From assembly GCA_013265495.1 (NCBI GenBank), contig MU058781.1, forward strand, positions 8,847,009 to 8,911,008: 64,000 nucleotides of DNA, read 5' to 3'. Shown here piece after piece: positions 1-12,175 of the stretch (its first letter is position 1; each line of letters opens with the position of its first letter). The notes under the pieces are model-generated. The model made no database searches. It was not told the origin of the DNA and saw nothing but the letters and a program-made list of their open reading frames with translations. The translations under genes and the position numbers were made by a program. Source of the stretch: Vicugna vicugna. Taxonomy: Eukaryota.

Positions 1-630
1 GGCCTTCTAGATTCCCAGGAATATGTCAGTGTGTTTCAAAACCCCCCCTGGACATCATATCCCCTGGCTTTTCCTTTTAAGTTTTTTTGATTTGCTTATT
101 ATTTGCTCTGTTATTCACAGCCCCAGGCAGGGGTGATGTTAAGCAGTTGCAGCTGATTATTTTTGACAAATGCCCCTGGGAAAAGGGCTTTTCTCACTGG
201 GTGAGTGCCAGGTCAGGTTAAATAAGAAAGCCATGTGAGTGGAGTCTTCCATGGAATCACCACACAGGTCAAATAATAACAGTTTTTCTGGGAGTGGAAC
301 TTTGAAGCAGCTCCAACCCTCTTCTGCCCCCTCCAGTGGCTGCGAGGCTGCTGGTTTTCACCCTGATTGAAGTTCGTTGGTTTTCAAGGCCGCCATAGAA
401 CTGGGGAGTGGGACGTGAGAAAAGGACAGGTTTAAAATGCCACGTAACTCTCTCTCATTACCAAGATTGCTCCATTTTTCTTGAATAAACACTCCCTGGA
501 TTGCTGCAAGCCTTTAGTTAATTTCCAGAGTTCTGAAAAAACCTGATTCTGACCATTTTTGTCACTGTCCTCATTGCTTTTCTGGAGGAGAGGATTTTCA
601 GGGGTCTTCACTCTGCCATTCCTGCTGATG
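1..630 (-). mobile_element. Ancient L1 (L1MC/L1MD-like) 5' region fragment
   Basis: Resembles the antisense 5' end of old L1M families (ttgcttttctggaggagaggattttcagggg...ctctgccattcc). Confidence 0.5.
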
Positions 631-2652
631 ACAGTAAAGATTACTTATGCCTTAGAACAGGCTGCCTCTATTTCTGTCAGGCCATTAGTGCTTGGGGTTG
701 TCTCAGTTTTCTTCTTTAATTTTTGTGTTCCCTGTCAAAGGTGCCATCAATCATTTATGGTTCCATCTGCCCTTGTAAAGCTTTTGAGAAGGCACTCATG
801 TCTAGACTATTGACAGCAAAAGATCACTATTAATTGAATCTCTCAGTGGCCTGTAACAAACATCACCCTCATAGAAAGAGCCGAAATTTACAGATAAAAT
901 GCATACCTCATTAGATGCTCATAGCTCTGGGCACCACACAAGAGATAATATGGCTTACATAGACTGAAACTTGCCTATGACCTTTAGTTGCTTCCCTCTC
1001 TTTTTTTAATGATTCTGTTTTTAAAAACCGTATCAAATATTATTTTGTTATTTATTTTCTAGTAGATAGTTCAGCTTCCACAGTCACTATTCTTGATGTT
1101 CTTTGAAAATCAATATTCTTGATTTTCTATTCTTGATGTTACTGTAGGTCTCTTTTCATGAAAATGCTTTGTTTTCTTGAAAGATGACGTCCCCATCACT
1201 ATGCCACGTTCCATTCTCTGCATAGATTTCCAGAAATCTTTGCACGTATATTGATTCAGCATTTGTTAATTAGAAAGATGTTTGCTGTTGATGCTGCTTT
1301 ACCAAACTAAGAAGATATCAAACTTACAATTAATAGGTATAAACTCTAAATTTTGCAGTTAAACACTGGAAAATATAATTTGGTAATTTGAGGATATGTA
1401 ATTCCGTGAATTAGAGTCGTTTTGAAATTTGCAGTACATCGTCTTACTGTCATGAGAACAGACACAGGTTTTAAAGTGCCTCAGTTTTATCAGCAACATT
1501 TTTGTTAGAATATCCTTAAGATGTTTTTGTTTATTATCCTTCTAACTGAATCGGACGTGACTGTACTGAAGTGTTCATAGAAGTAGAAGACCTAAGTCTG
1601 AATCATTTTGTCATTAATCTGAGACTATAGGGTTTTACTAAACCAAAAATGTAAGTTCTTTAAAAATAAAATAAAATGCTAACAACTTTACTGGCAACTG
1701 CTTCAATTTGGCAGTGCATCGCAGCTGCACTGCTCAGCTACTACAGAATCAGAAACCTAAAGGACATCCCACATACGATGTTGCAAAGGTTCAGCTTTGG
1801 ACTGGGTTTTGTGAAGTCAGCTTGAAACAGATTCAACCAGCCTGTGGCCCTTCAGATCCTACTACACTGAGGCAGGGTTTCTTACAGTTACTAGTAAGTC
1901 CATGGTGAAGGGAAAAGGCCAGTCCTCTGTTTCTGTTACGATGAAAGGTAGAAGTTTCCTTTCCCAGTCTTGCAATTTCAAAATTTGATTCCTTTATTAC
2001 ATCCAGATGGGACTAGAGGAGGCCGTGTATTGTACTTTTACTTACTGCAGAATAAATAATTACATCAAGCAACGCAGAATACCTTGTGAAAGTATAAACA
2101 GGAAACAGATGTGAGGTTAGACATGCAGATAACTATAAAGTTGAGCTGTGTTTGAGACTAGCAGGTTCTCGTATTCTCCTTGGGCTGTCAGTTAATAGTT
2201 TTATTACTGAGTGATGAAGTACAGTATATTATTTTTGAAGTGGACTGAGGCAGTGTCTATATCATGTTGTACATTTTAATGCTGAGTAAAAAATTAAAAT
2301 GAATTTAATCATCATCTTGTTATTGGTTGCTGTTTGAGAGACATGAATAGTAAAATGGCTAGTGAATATGGAATTTTTTTATTTTTTACGAATGTGGAGT
2401 TTGTTTAGAAAACCTATTTTGAACAGGGAAATTAAGATAAGTTTGAGTACTCGCTAGTATTTGAGCAGTATCCTCCACTTTTCAACCGACTGGCTTTGTC
2501 ATGTGACCTCCTTGTATCTTATTTATCTTAAAAATGACTTTAATTTTAGGCTCCTATAATTTAATAATACTACTCATCATTATTCTATCGTATTTGTAAA
2601 TGATGACAAATTACTTTGATTAACTTCATTAAAAATTCTTCGTATAAAAAGT

Positions 2653-3095
2653 AAGATGTCCATCAGTGCATGAATGGATAAAGAAAGTAACAACCTGGAT
2701 GGACCTTGAGGACATAATGCTAAGAGAAATAAGTCAAACAGAGAAAGACAGATACTGTATGGTCCCACTTCTATGTGAAATTTAAAGAAAAAGAAGAGCT
2801 CATAAAAACAGAACAAATTGGCAGTTGCCAGGGGTAGAGAGGGGGCAAAATGGGTAAAATGGTCAAAAGTACAAACATTCAGTTATAAATAAGTCCTGGG
2901 GATATAATGTACAGCATGGTGACTATAGTTAATAACACTGTATTGTATTGTATATTAGAAAGTTACCGAGAGAGTTACCGTAAAAATTCTTTCCACGAGA
3001 ACAAAAAAATTGTGACTGTGATGAGGGATGTTAACTAGACCTATTTTGGTGATCATTTTGCGATATATTCAGATCTTGAATCATTATGTTGTACC
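2653..3095 (+). mobile_element. L1 3' end (ORF2 end plus 3'UTR, L1MA9-like), internally deleted
   Basis: atgtccatcagtgcatgaatggataaagaaa...tggatggaccttgaggacataatgctaag...gtacagcatggtgactatagttaataacactg. Confidence 0.85.
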
Positions 3096-3203
3096 AGATC
3101 ATTGAAAAAGCCAAAATGAGAGTTGTGAATTCGGAGTCTTCAGCTGGCCTTGTTTAAACACGTTGGCTCTCGGTAAAATTAACTGCTATTCAACTCAATT
3201 AAA

Positions 3204-3251
3204 CAAAAAGATACCAAATATTTTTATTAAGCAAAAAGATACCAAATATTT
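3204..3251 (+). repeat. Local direct duplication, 20-bp unit with 28-bp period
   Basis: caaaaagataccaaatattt at 3204-3223 and 3232-3251. Confidence 0.9.
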
Positions 3252-3289
3252 GATTGGGGAAGCAAGGGGTTAATTAAAGAATTGCCCAG

Positions 3290-3660
3290 TAGAGATACAA
3301 AGTGCTCTAAATGAGAATTGAAAAGAAATTATTAATTCTTTGTGTACATTGGGAAACAGGAGGAATTGATGAATGAGGTGTGGCTAGTTTAGGGTAGGTA
3401 GCTTGGAAGTGGGGAGTTGCATTCCAGCTGAGGGTGACATCTGAACAGGGGTGACACGTCCAGAGCATGTTCTAGGCAAAGCACAGTAGGTCCGTTTTGA
3501 GTGAAAATGTGTTTTCTGAAAGTCGGTGTATGTTGGGGGGAGAGGGGAAAGCCATAAATGGGAGATGAGACTGGAAAGGAGCCTGAGTCCTGGGGAGTGG
3601 AATGCCACACTCGGATGTTAGGACTTTGTTTGGTAGACCCATGAGTGGTATAGAAACTCT
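3290..3660 (-). mobile_element. L2 fragment
   Basis: Degenerate purine-rich L2 motifs (ggagatgagactggaaagg...gaatgccacact...ggactttg). Confidence 0.45.
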
Positions 3661-4643
3661 TGCCTGGTATTAACCCAAAATAGCTTTTTAAGATCATGTA
3701 CCACCTCATACATTTTTTGATTGACATTGAATGTTTTTTCACAGTAAGTTAACATAGTTGCAGAAGAGGTCATCTCTCATATTTCTCAAATAGAGAATTA
3801 TAAAATAGAATTGTTATATCACTCTTTCAAATGAATTCAGTGAAACAAAAAACAGGAAATTTCATGTCATCTTCTTTTTTATCTGGAATTTGAATTTCCA
3901 TTTTCTCCACAGAATTCTATCTAATATCTATTTTTAAGCTTGAAAGTCTTCTGTTGATCATTCTACCATCCTCTGTATCAAAATGTGTTAAAAATTAAAA
4001 CATAATTGTGACCATGGGGCTCTAAATATTTAAAAATAAAACACTTTTTTGAATTGTCATTAAATTATTAGTAGTACACAATTCATCAAAAACAGTATAA
4101 ATATTTATTAAGCATAAATGTAGAAATTAATATAAACACTACTTTTAATGAAATGGATGGTGAGGGTGGTAGTCATGGGAACTCTTGATGTTGCTTTGAA
4201 AAAGGCAGCTTCACAGCTTTTGCTTGGTGACCTGAAGGTGTTCAGTAAAGGTGAGAAGGAGGTGTGAAAGAGGCCTGCATGAAGCCTTGACCATAGACAG
4301 ATCGGTTGTAGCAAGATCTCAAAAGGAAATTAAAGACCTGGAAATGGATTCATTTTCAAATGACCCTTGCCTCCTAGTTGGTTTTCCTCCAGGAAGACCC
4401 TGCGCTCATCTACGGGTCCACACTTACACTATGGTTTGTAAGAAAGAAGAGTGTGACCTGGATAGTACAAAGTCATGGTAAGGCAGTACATATGGGCAAA
4501 TATCAGAGATTTCTGAGTGTTGAGATGTTTAAGAAACACATAGCAACTAATGGGTTGTAGTGAATGAAGGTGAGAAATTGAGAGGTTTTGACTCTCTGAG
4601 CAGGGGAAGGTTCTAATGCTTTGAACAAGGAAGTACAGAGTTC

Positions 4644-5197
4644 TTTTTTTTTTTAACTGAGATATAATTGACAGGTGACATGTTAGTTTCAGGTGTACAG
4701 CATAATGATTTGATATTTGTGTGTAATGTGAAATGATCACATTAAGTGGTAAGAATAAGAAATAAGTCTAATTAACATCTCTCACCACACATATTTAACA
4801 ATTTTTTCTTGTGACTAGAACTTTTAAGGTCTACTCCCCTAGCAACTTAGTAATACACAACAGGGTATTATTAACTCCAGTCTCTATGCTGTACTTACTT
4901 GTTTCGTAACTGGAAGTTTGTACCTTTTGGCCACCTTCACTCATTTCACCCCTTCCCATCCCCGCCACTGGCAAACACCAATCTGTTCTCCGTGTCTGTG
5001 AATTCTATTAAATTACACAGATAAGTGAGATCATACAGTGTTGGTCTTTTTCTGTCTGATTTATTTATATCACGTAGCATAACGCCCTCAAGGTCCATCC
5101 AAGTTGTCACAAATGGCAGGATTTCCTTCTTTTTTTGTCTGAATAATACATATACCATTGTATACATATACCACATTTCCTTTATCCGTTCATCCAT
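4644..5197 (-). mobile_element. L1 3' end (L1MA9-like)
   Basis: Poly-T start, gtttcaggtgtacagcataatgattt; minus-strand ORF 4946-5221 contains the ORF2 C-terminus remnant EILPFVTTWMDLEGVML. Confidence 0.9.
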
Positions 5198-6981
5198 AGT
5201 GAGTTCATTTTTAAACATCATCCATATAATCAGTGCTTGGGAAAGTCATTCAATGGCTTGTTAAGGGGAAAACAAACACCCAGTTGGGAGTATCCCATTT
5301 GTTTTTAATTTTTAATGAGTAGTTTTAACGTGTAATCCTTAAACCTCTAAGGGGTTGGATTTTCCTGTCTTCATTTCACTCAGCTGAAGACATTGCAGAG
5401 TGTTAATTTTGCTCCTGGGAGACATTTTTTCATCTGGACTGTGTTCTCCCACTTGACACCATTTCTTCAAGGGACACTGAATATTATTTATTCAGACTAA
5501 ATTATTATTATTTCAGCATGATCCCAGCTCTTTCTAGATACCCTATAAGAACTGGGCCTGTGTGGGTAATTCTGTGGAGAGGTTATTTTGAGCCCTGTGA
5601 GGATGGGACAAAGGAAATGATGTAAACATTCTATGGAAAAGTGGGGGAGGTGCCAGCTCCCTTTACCAGGGTTCATTTCAGCATATTACACGTTTTGTTA
5701 GACTCTCTTTGACATAGCTCTTTCTTTTCCTGTCTGTCTTCTAGAGTCTCAACCTCTAGCTAATTTTGAAATTAAAAAAAAATTGATTTGGAAATCCTTA
5801 TCCTCACCTAAGACAGAAGGAAATATTTAGCATATAATGGGGGATGTTCTATCTCCTTCATCATTATTCTTTAAGCCCATGTTTATCCAGTTTTGTAACC
5901 AGGTAAACATAATGCATTAATAATATATAGATATTTATAGTGCTTGATCTATGGAGAGATAAAGTTCAAGACCTGTTCTGTTACCTTTTTACAAAAAAAT
6001 ATTTTAATCCTATAAAAGTGGCAACATTCAGATCTGAAAATACCTACGTATCAAGTGATTGCTTCTGTTACCATTAGGTAGAACCTTGCAAAAAAAAAAA
6101 AGTGCATCAGATTTTTGTATTTGTAGAAACCAGACCTTGACAGGAAGGAGAAAAATAGAAATCTTCATTTTCTTCTCTGATCTGAAGAAATCTATTTGGA
6201 TTGCATAGGGTTTTAACTTCTATTTGATTAAAAAATAACAGAGCATTAAAAGAAATATATAGCTCAAGTCTTAAAAGGTAAATTTAGCTCATCAAATGGA
6301 AGTTTTTCCTGATCTTTCTTTACATGCTAGACAAGCTATGTGATCCTGTAACTTTGGAACCACAGCACTTAAAAAAGCAGCAGGTTAGAATCTCAGAAAA
6401 TACTCTGACAAAGTGTTCTTAACTTAGACAAGGTAGCCTGCTATACAGTAACTGGAAATGCTTTCATTTCAGCTCCAATTAAAGAACTGACAAGAAAAGC
6501 CAGTTTTACCAAGGGAGAACAATTAAAGTAGAACAAGGAGGAAATATGCCCCCTTTGTTGCTTTATAAAAATTATACACCCATTTATCAGTTTGAGCTCA
6601 AATTCCATATTATTCAGCAGCAAGAGTATAGAGATCCTATTAATTTATTATCTTTTAATTTCAAGTAATATAATAAGAGCCATTTAATTCATGCATTTTG
6701 AGACATTTGGGAAAAACCCACACGTTTCTAATAAATCAGATGTAAGGAGAATTTTGCAGAGCAAAATATTTAAATTGTCTTTGATTTTTTTTTTTTTGGT
6801 CTTGTTTTTGGGAGACAACTCTCCACTGCTTATTTCCAGCCCTGCTCCCAGCAATGATTTGTTATTATTTAACATTATCACAAGAATTAATTAGTGCTGC
6901 TCTCAAGAATGATTTTAGGTTTAAGGAGGATCACTGATCAATCGGCTGATACTTCTGTGAGATACATTTGATGGAGCAGAG

Positions 6982-7517
6982 TGACGGGGAGTAAGAAAAT
7001 CTTTTCCTCTACACATCTTGGGTTCTCCAGGTGAAGTTCTTTATGTTAGACTGGCCAAAGGTAGACTAACAGCAGAAAAACAGAAGCTTATTAACATGTG
7101 CTTCCAACTTACATGCATGGAAGCACCTAGCAATCAGTAACCCAAAAGGGTGTTTAGAGCTTGGGTTTATGTACCATCTTATGTGTGAAACCAAAGAACC
7201 TGGATTTGGAGCTCCTGGGTGACAAGTTCTGGGACGGTGACCAGAAAAAATGTGGTAAATGAGGATTGTTTAGGAAAGTTTGTTACACATATTCAAGTCT
7301 TGCCTTCACCATTGATAGGGGTTGTTAAAATTTTGTTCCCCTCTTCCTAGTACAGAATTTCCATATTTACAGTCCCCTCCCAAGTTCTTCCTTTAAAAAT
7401 GGAAATTTTCCTGGTTTTAGAGGTTTCCTGGGTCTGCTGATACTCAGTGGCCTCTAGCTCCAAATAATCCATATGCCAAAGAGGCCTATTTTGGATGGTC
7501 TATTCTGGTAACTTTCA
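6982..7517 (-). mobile_element. ERV1 (MER31/MER67-like) solo LTR
   Basis: TG...CA termini, 4-bp TSD agag/aggg, characteristic end aataatccatatgccaaagaggcctattttgg...tattctggtaactttca. Confidence 0.7.
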
Positions 7518-7649
7518 AGGGTCAGGGTGAGTGTGTTTATACTCCAGCTGTACCCATTGTTCCTTGAGCAAAGTATTCACTTCTCAGTCTTAGATTCAGT
7601 AAAACTAATCTCTAGGTTCGTTCAGAAATTTAAGTGAGATAATGCGTGT
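7518..7649 (+). mobile_element. MIR fragment lying between two LTRs
   Basis: ccttgagcaaagtattcacttctcagtc...ttaagtgagataatgcgtgt matches the MIR core. Confidence 0.6.
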
Positions 7650-8272
7650 TGTTACTCGTGAGTGCTCACCTGACTCGCAGCAACGCCAGTCTGCTGTCAC
7701 CCTGTTACAGTGAGGGAAGGTACAGCATTTATTGCAGAGCACCAAGCAAGGAGAATGGGCAGCTCATGCTCTGAAGACCTGAACTCCCTGATGGCTTTCA
7801 GGGAAGGATTTTTAAAGGCAACATTTGAGGTGAGGGTTGCAGCTTGTGGACTTTGCTCTGATTAGTTGATGGTGATATAACAGGGTGATGTTTCAGGAAT
7901 CTTAATCATCAACATTCGGTTCTAACCATTCTACATGCTTATGGTCAGTCAGCATGTCATCACCATCCTCCACCTGGGTGTGGGTCTTAGTTTGTGCGGA
8001 TCAACTCAAAGATAATGTGTTCAGATTGTTATGTATCCCTTGAGAAAGAACTAAGACTGTTTTATCACTGAACTATTGTTAAAGCTATTATTACTTCTCT
8101 TGCTTGACTGTTTTTCCTTTGTTTTTGCATTCCCTCACTTCCCTAGTTAGTAGTTGCTGGAGTCTACTCTTTGGAACTTGGGGAAGGCCGAGGGGAATAA
8201 AACCTTTTTCCCCCCTACAAACAAGAGGGAACACAGAGGGGCTTTTGTACCCAGGGACGCCCTCAGATTTCA
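7650..8272 (-). mobile_element. ERV1 (MER4-group) solo LTR
   Basis: tgttact...tttca termini, 4-bp TSD gtgt/ttgt, caagcaaggagaatgggcagctcatgct...gacctgaactccctgatggctttcagggaagg; tttatt near 7728 gives a minus-strand polyA signal. Confidence 0.75.
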
Positions 8273-9399
8273 TTGTCAATCAGCAAAATGTCTAGCATGT
8301 TGATGCTACCTGCTATTACCACTATTACTACTGTTACTGCTACTACTGTACCACTTCACGGTATTGTGATTCGGAGAGTGCCGAGAGTTTTCTTCTTTCC
8401 TCTAACAATCATGCCAATTATAGTCTATGTTTCTGAGAGTTCCCTTGTATTACAATAAATTTGAGAGTAGGGAAAGGCTTGCCCATCCCTCTTTTCTCCT
8501 TTTACTTTCATTCTCATTTTTGTGTCTTTTTGAACAAAGAAATTTCTTTCATGTCTGTTTACTTCTTCTGCTCTCTCATCACAGCTCCAGGGACAACATT
8601 ACTCTAGTGGTAATCACTTCTTCAGGAATGATTATAAGCTGTTTTGCTGATTCTTATCTCTGATTCTCCTTTGTTGTTTTCATATTCAGATTTCTCTCCT
8701 GTTATGCTAATGTGAAAGCATTATTAGCCCCCTGAGTGTAAGTGCCTGGGTGATTTGGACCCTGCTTAGAAGAAAGGTTTTCTTCTTTCATTTTTGAAGA
8801 AATTAAGTTCATACTGAACGATGTATTTGTCACGAAATATTATTAGCTTAATCTTTTGGTCTTTGAAAATCATTTTACTTTTTCTGAACCCACCAAGTGG
8901 TATCATACATAGTTTTATAATTTAAATGTTTCAAGATGATAGTAAGAGTAATGAATTTTTCTTTTAACAATGATTGCTTTAACTGCGATTCGTTTTTCTT
9001 TTCTATTTTTCTATTTTCCAAAAGTTCAAAAATAAATATATATTACTTTATAATGCAGAAAAATATTCATTTTGAAAAAGAGCAGTGTTTTTTCATTATA
9101 TTATGTACACTAATTACTTTATGCATCTTTATTTTGAAAGTATGTAATAGATTTAGCCTCTTTAAGTCTGTAAGATCCGTAAGTCTAAACCTCAAACGAA
9201 CAATTCTCTCTTTAAAGTTATTCCAATGAATAATGTTAACAGTTGATATATTTGATAAAAGAATAAAGGACTAGAGAATCATTAAGTGGTCTCCAAATGT
9301 AATTCTTATTTTTCCTAATTTTCCTTTAAAGTTAAAATTGATATTATTAGGCTAAAAAAAGCAGAGCTGATTTGACAGGTCACTGGATTATTTCTTACA

Positions 9400-9709
9400 A
9401 AATATACAGCCTTTGATCTTACGTATGTTACCTGTTGACCGGTTTTGAGTGTACCGTTCAGTGACATTAAGTACATTTATAATGTTACGCAACCATCACC
9501 ACTACCCATCACTCGTACTTTTTCATTGTCCCAAACCGAAATTCTATACCCATTAAACAATAACTCCCCTTGCCTCTCTTCTCCCTCATCTCTATGAATG
9601 TGACTATTCTAGGTACCTCATGGGGGAAATCACACAACATGTGTCCTTTAGTGTCTGGCTTATTTCACTTAGTGCAGTGTGTTCATGTTCATCCCTGTTG
9701 TAGCAATGT
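9400..9709 (-). mobile_element. L1 3' end (L1MB-like)
   Basis: ttcagtgacattaagtacatt...caaccatcaccact...tctggcttatttcacttag. Confidence 0.8.
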
Positions 9710-9829
9710 GATGTTATTTTACTTACTGCTGTTCCAGGCAGTTTTACTGTCTGTGCCAATGTACACTGTACAGACTTCAATTATCACTTATTTCCCTGGC
9801 CTACAGTTTACCATGCATGCTCATACGCC

Positions 9830-9920
9830 AAGAGTGTATCTTGTTTGTCTGTCTCCTTGCTTAATGCCTGGTGCTTAAATAGCTAAATTAGAGTTGCATG
9901 AATGAATGAATGATTGAATG
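9830..9920 (+). mobile_element. L2 3' tail
   Basis: atgcctggtgcttaaatag...tgaatgaatgaatga terminal repeat. Confidence 0.55.
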
Positions 9921-10449
9921 ACCCAGTTGATTAAGCAACATGGTTATTTTTGAATGAATCCTACAAAGACTTCTAGGTGAAGGTCAAAACGACAGTGCCT
10001 GTGTTCTAGGAGATCCTATTTCTAGAGTCACCTTCAACACTCCCAAAGTCATATAAGTCAAGATAAAATAAGACCAGAGTCATATTTCACCCATTGCTTC
10101 ATTAATGACACTGTAACTGCCACTCAGTGAATTACCAGCACCTGCATTTACTCTCAGCAATCTAAAAATAAATTACCATTAATGGCATCAGAAAGTCAAG
10201 GAGGAAGCATAAAAAGAGAACATTTCCAATCCTTATAGCCCAAATGAAAAGGAGTAGATAACTGTGAACAGATTCTAATTTACATTTGATCTATAACTTA
10301 CTTAGAACAGGAAATTCACTTCTAAACTGCAAAGAGTTAACATTTTCAGTGTTTGCATTAAAATAAGTTGAGACAAAATGTCTATTCTAATTAGCTTTCA
10401 TAGAAATGTTAAAAGGACTCCAGTGCCCCTTTACCATCACCACATCATC

Positions 10450-10489
10450 TCAGAGGCAACTAAGTGTCAGAGGCAACTTAGTGTCAGAG
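10450..10489 (+). repeat. 17-bp tandem duplication (about 2.3 copies)
   Basis: tcagaggcaactaagtg / tcagaggcaacttagtg / tcagag. Confidence 0.9.
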
Positions 10490-10654
10490 TCGATAATCAA
10501 ACTTTAAATTACAAAGATAAAAATATACATCAATACTATGTCAAAATGCTAAGAGTTGTGATTATACACACATTTATTTTCAACTGATATTATCAGTGTT
10601 TGATTTTACTTTAAAATTATTATTCTGCTCTGCTAAGGAGAAGAAATCAAAAGA

Positions 10655-10770
10655 GAGTTCTTATATCCTGATTGTGGTGATGGTTTTGTGAATCTACACA
10701 TAGGTTAAATTTCATGAAACTGAACATACATGAAAAAGTAAATTTTACCATATTCATTTTAAAATAAAAT
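10655..10770 (+). mobile_element. Old L1 (L1MC/ME) 3' UTR fragment
   Basis: tatatcctgattgtggtgatggttttgtgaatctacac...aaatttcatgaaactg. Confidence 0.6.
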
Positions 10771-11407
10771 AACAAAGAGGAAAGCTAACAGTAGAATTTG
10801 TTGTGATTCCAACATTATATAATATGAACAGGTACATGTTTTAATTTTTTTCCATTAAAAAAAAGACCTTGTCTACCAAACATTCTCTTTAAAAGAACAA
10901 ATCAATACCTGGTCAGTTTAATGGGAATAGTGCCTGCAGCCCCGTTAGATTGAGCATAGACATTTCTTCTTTGGGCTTCTCTTAAACATAATAGAAATAG
11001 TTAAAGAATCCAGTAGAAATGCAGATGTTAAAAGATTGATGGAAAAATACCTAACTCGCATTTGTGTATAGTCTGATTATCCCAAATGAGCCTAACTAAA
11101 GGGCTTTTGTTTCATGTGTTACGTGGTATAGAGTAGAAAGAATGTTCTAATGATGTAACTGCTCTTGTTGCATTTGCTTGGTATGTAAAATGATGCAGCT
11201 AAGCAAGCATTTATTAAACATCAAAGTATATTTCTGGGATTGGGGGTACAAAGATGGCAGTAACCTCCCCTGCGTTTTATAAACATGTAAACACAGAGCT
11301 GCCTGCTTTGATGAGGGCACACTGACTTGTGTCAGGCACTCAGCTGAGCACTTGATATGTATCTCGTCTGACCCTTCCCTCTCTGATGTAGATATTTTTA
11401 TTACTTC

Positions 11408-12041
11408 TGTGGTAGATTGTATCACTGTTTACCAAATATTCTGGTTTCCCTCTCTGTGGGAGTATTAGAATCTCTGTCTACTTAAACTCAGGAGTAGCCA
11501 TGTGACTCGCACGGGTCAGTGACATGTGGGCAGAAGTGGTAGGAGCTATTTCCGGGCAGAAGGTTTAAAGCCAGTGACTCTGTATTGATACAGGAAAATG
11601 TGGGGCAAGAGGATGGCCATGTCTCAGGTCTTGGTTGAGTCCCTGGGACGCGCCCCACCAATTGTGGGTCCTTGGCTTAACAAGGATTCAAAAGTGAGCC
11701 ACAGCTGAGTAAAAGTAGATTTATTACTTGGTCAAATCTCCCACCATCTTAGGCCTCAAGGCCTAATGGGAGTTGAATTTTCCATCATCTTGGCGTTAAT
11801 TGCTGTGTCATTCATTGAATGGCTGTGCCCTGCCTCCTTCCTTCCTGTCTCAGTATGTCTCTCTTTTCTCCCTGCTTCTTGCACATTCCGAGTCTGGAAG
11901 TGGAGGCAACTTGAACAGAGCTTCAGCCTAATCATGACAAAGACGTAACATGAGCACATACTACATTTCTGTTGTTAGGAGCCACTGAGATTTTTGAGAT
12001 TATTTGTTATACAGCATAGCCTAATGCTTTCTGCTGACACA
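11408..12041 (+). mobile_element. MaLR MLT1 (MLT1I/J-like) LTR, interrupted by an ERV LTR
   Basis: tgtggtagatt start; gccatgtgact...gcagaagtg; gagccactgagattttt...ttgttatacagcatagcct...ctgacaca end. Confidence 0.75.
11586..11852 (-). mobile_element. Short ERV1-type solo LTR nested in MLT1
   Basis: Perfect 4-bp TSD GTAT (11582-11585 and 11853-11856); terminal inverted repeats tgatacagga/tcctgtctca; minus-strand AATAAA near 11720. Confidence 0.75.
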
Positions 12042-12175
12042 TTATCATTTTATAACCAAAGAAAACTAACACTTGGAGACATTTAAAAAAATATGTCCAG
12101 AATGAAGAGCAGTTAGTGGAATAACTGGATATAGGCCCTAAGCCTGTCAGACTGCTGAATCCTTTTTCTTAACCA
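12042..12175 (-). mobile_element. MIR, second half (first half at about 11320-11407)
   Basis: cattttataaccaaagaaaactaacacttggagac...; upstream part tgtgtcaggcact...agcacttgatatgtatctc. Confidence 0.55.
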
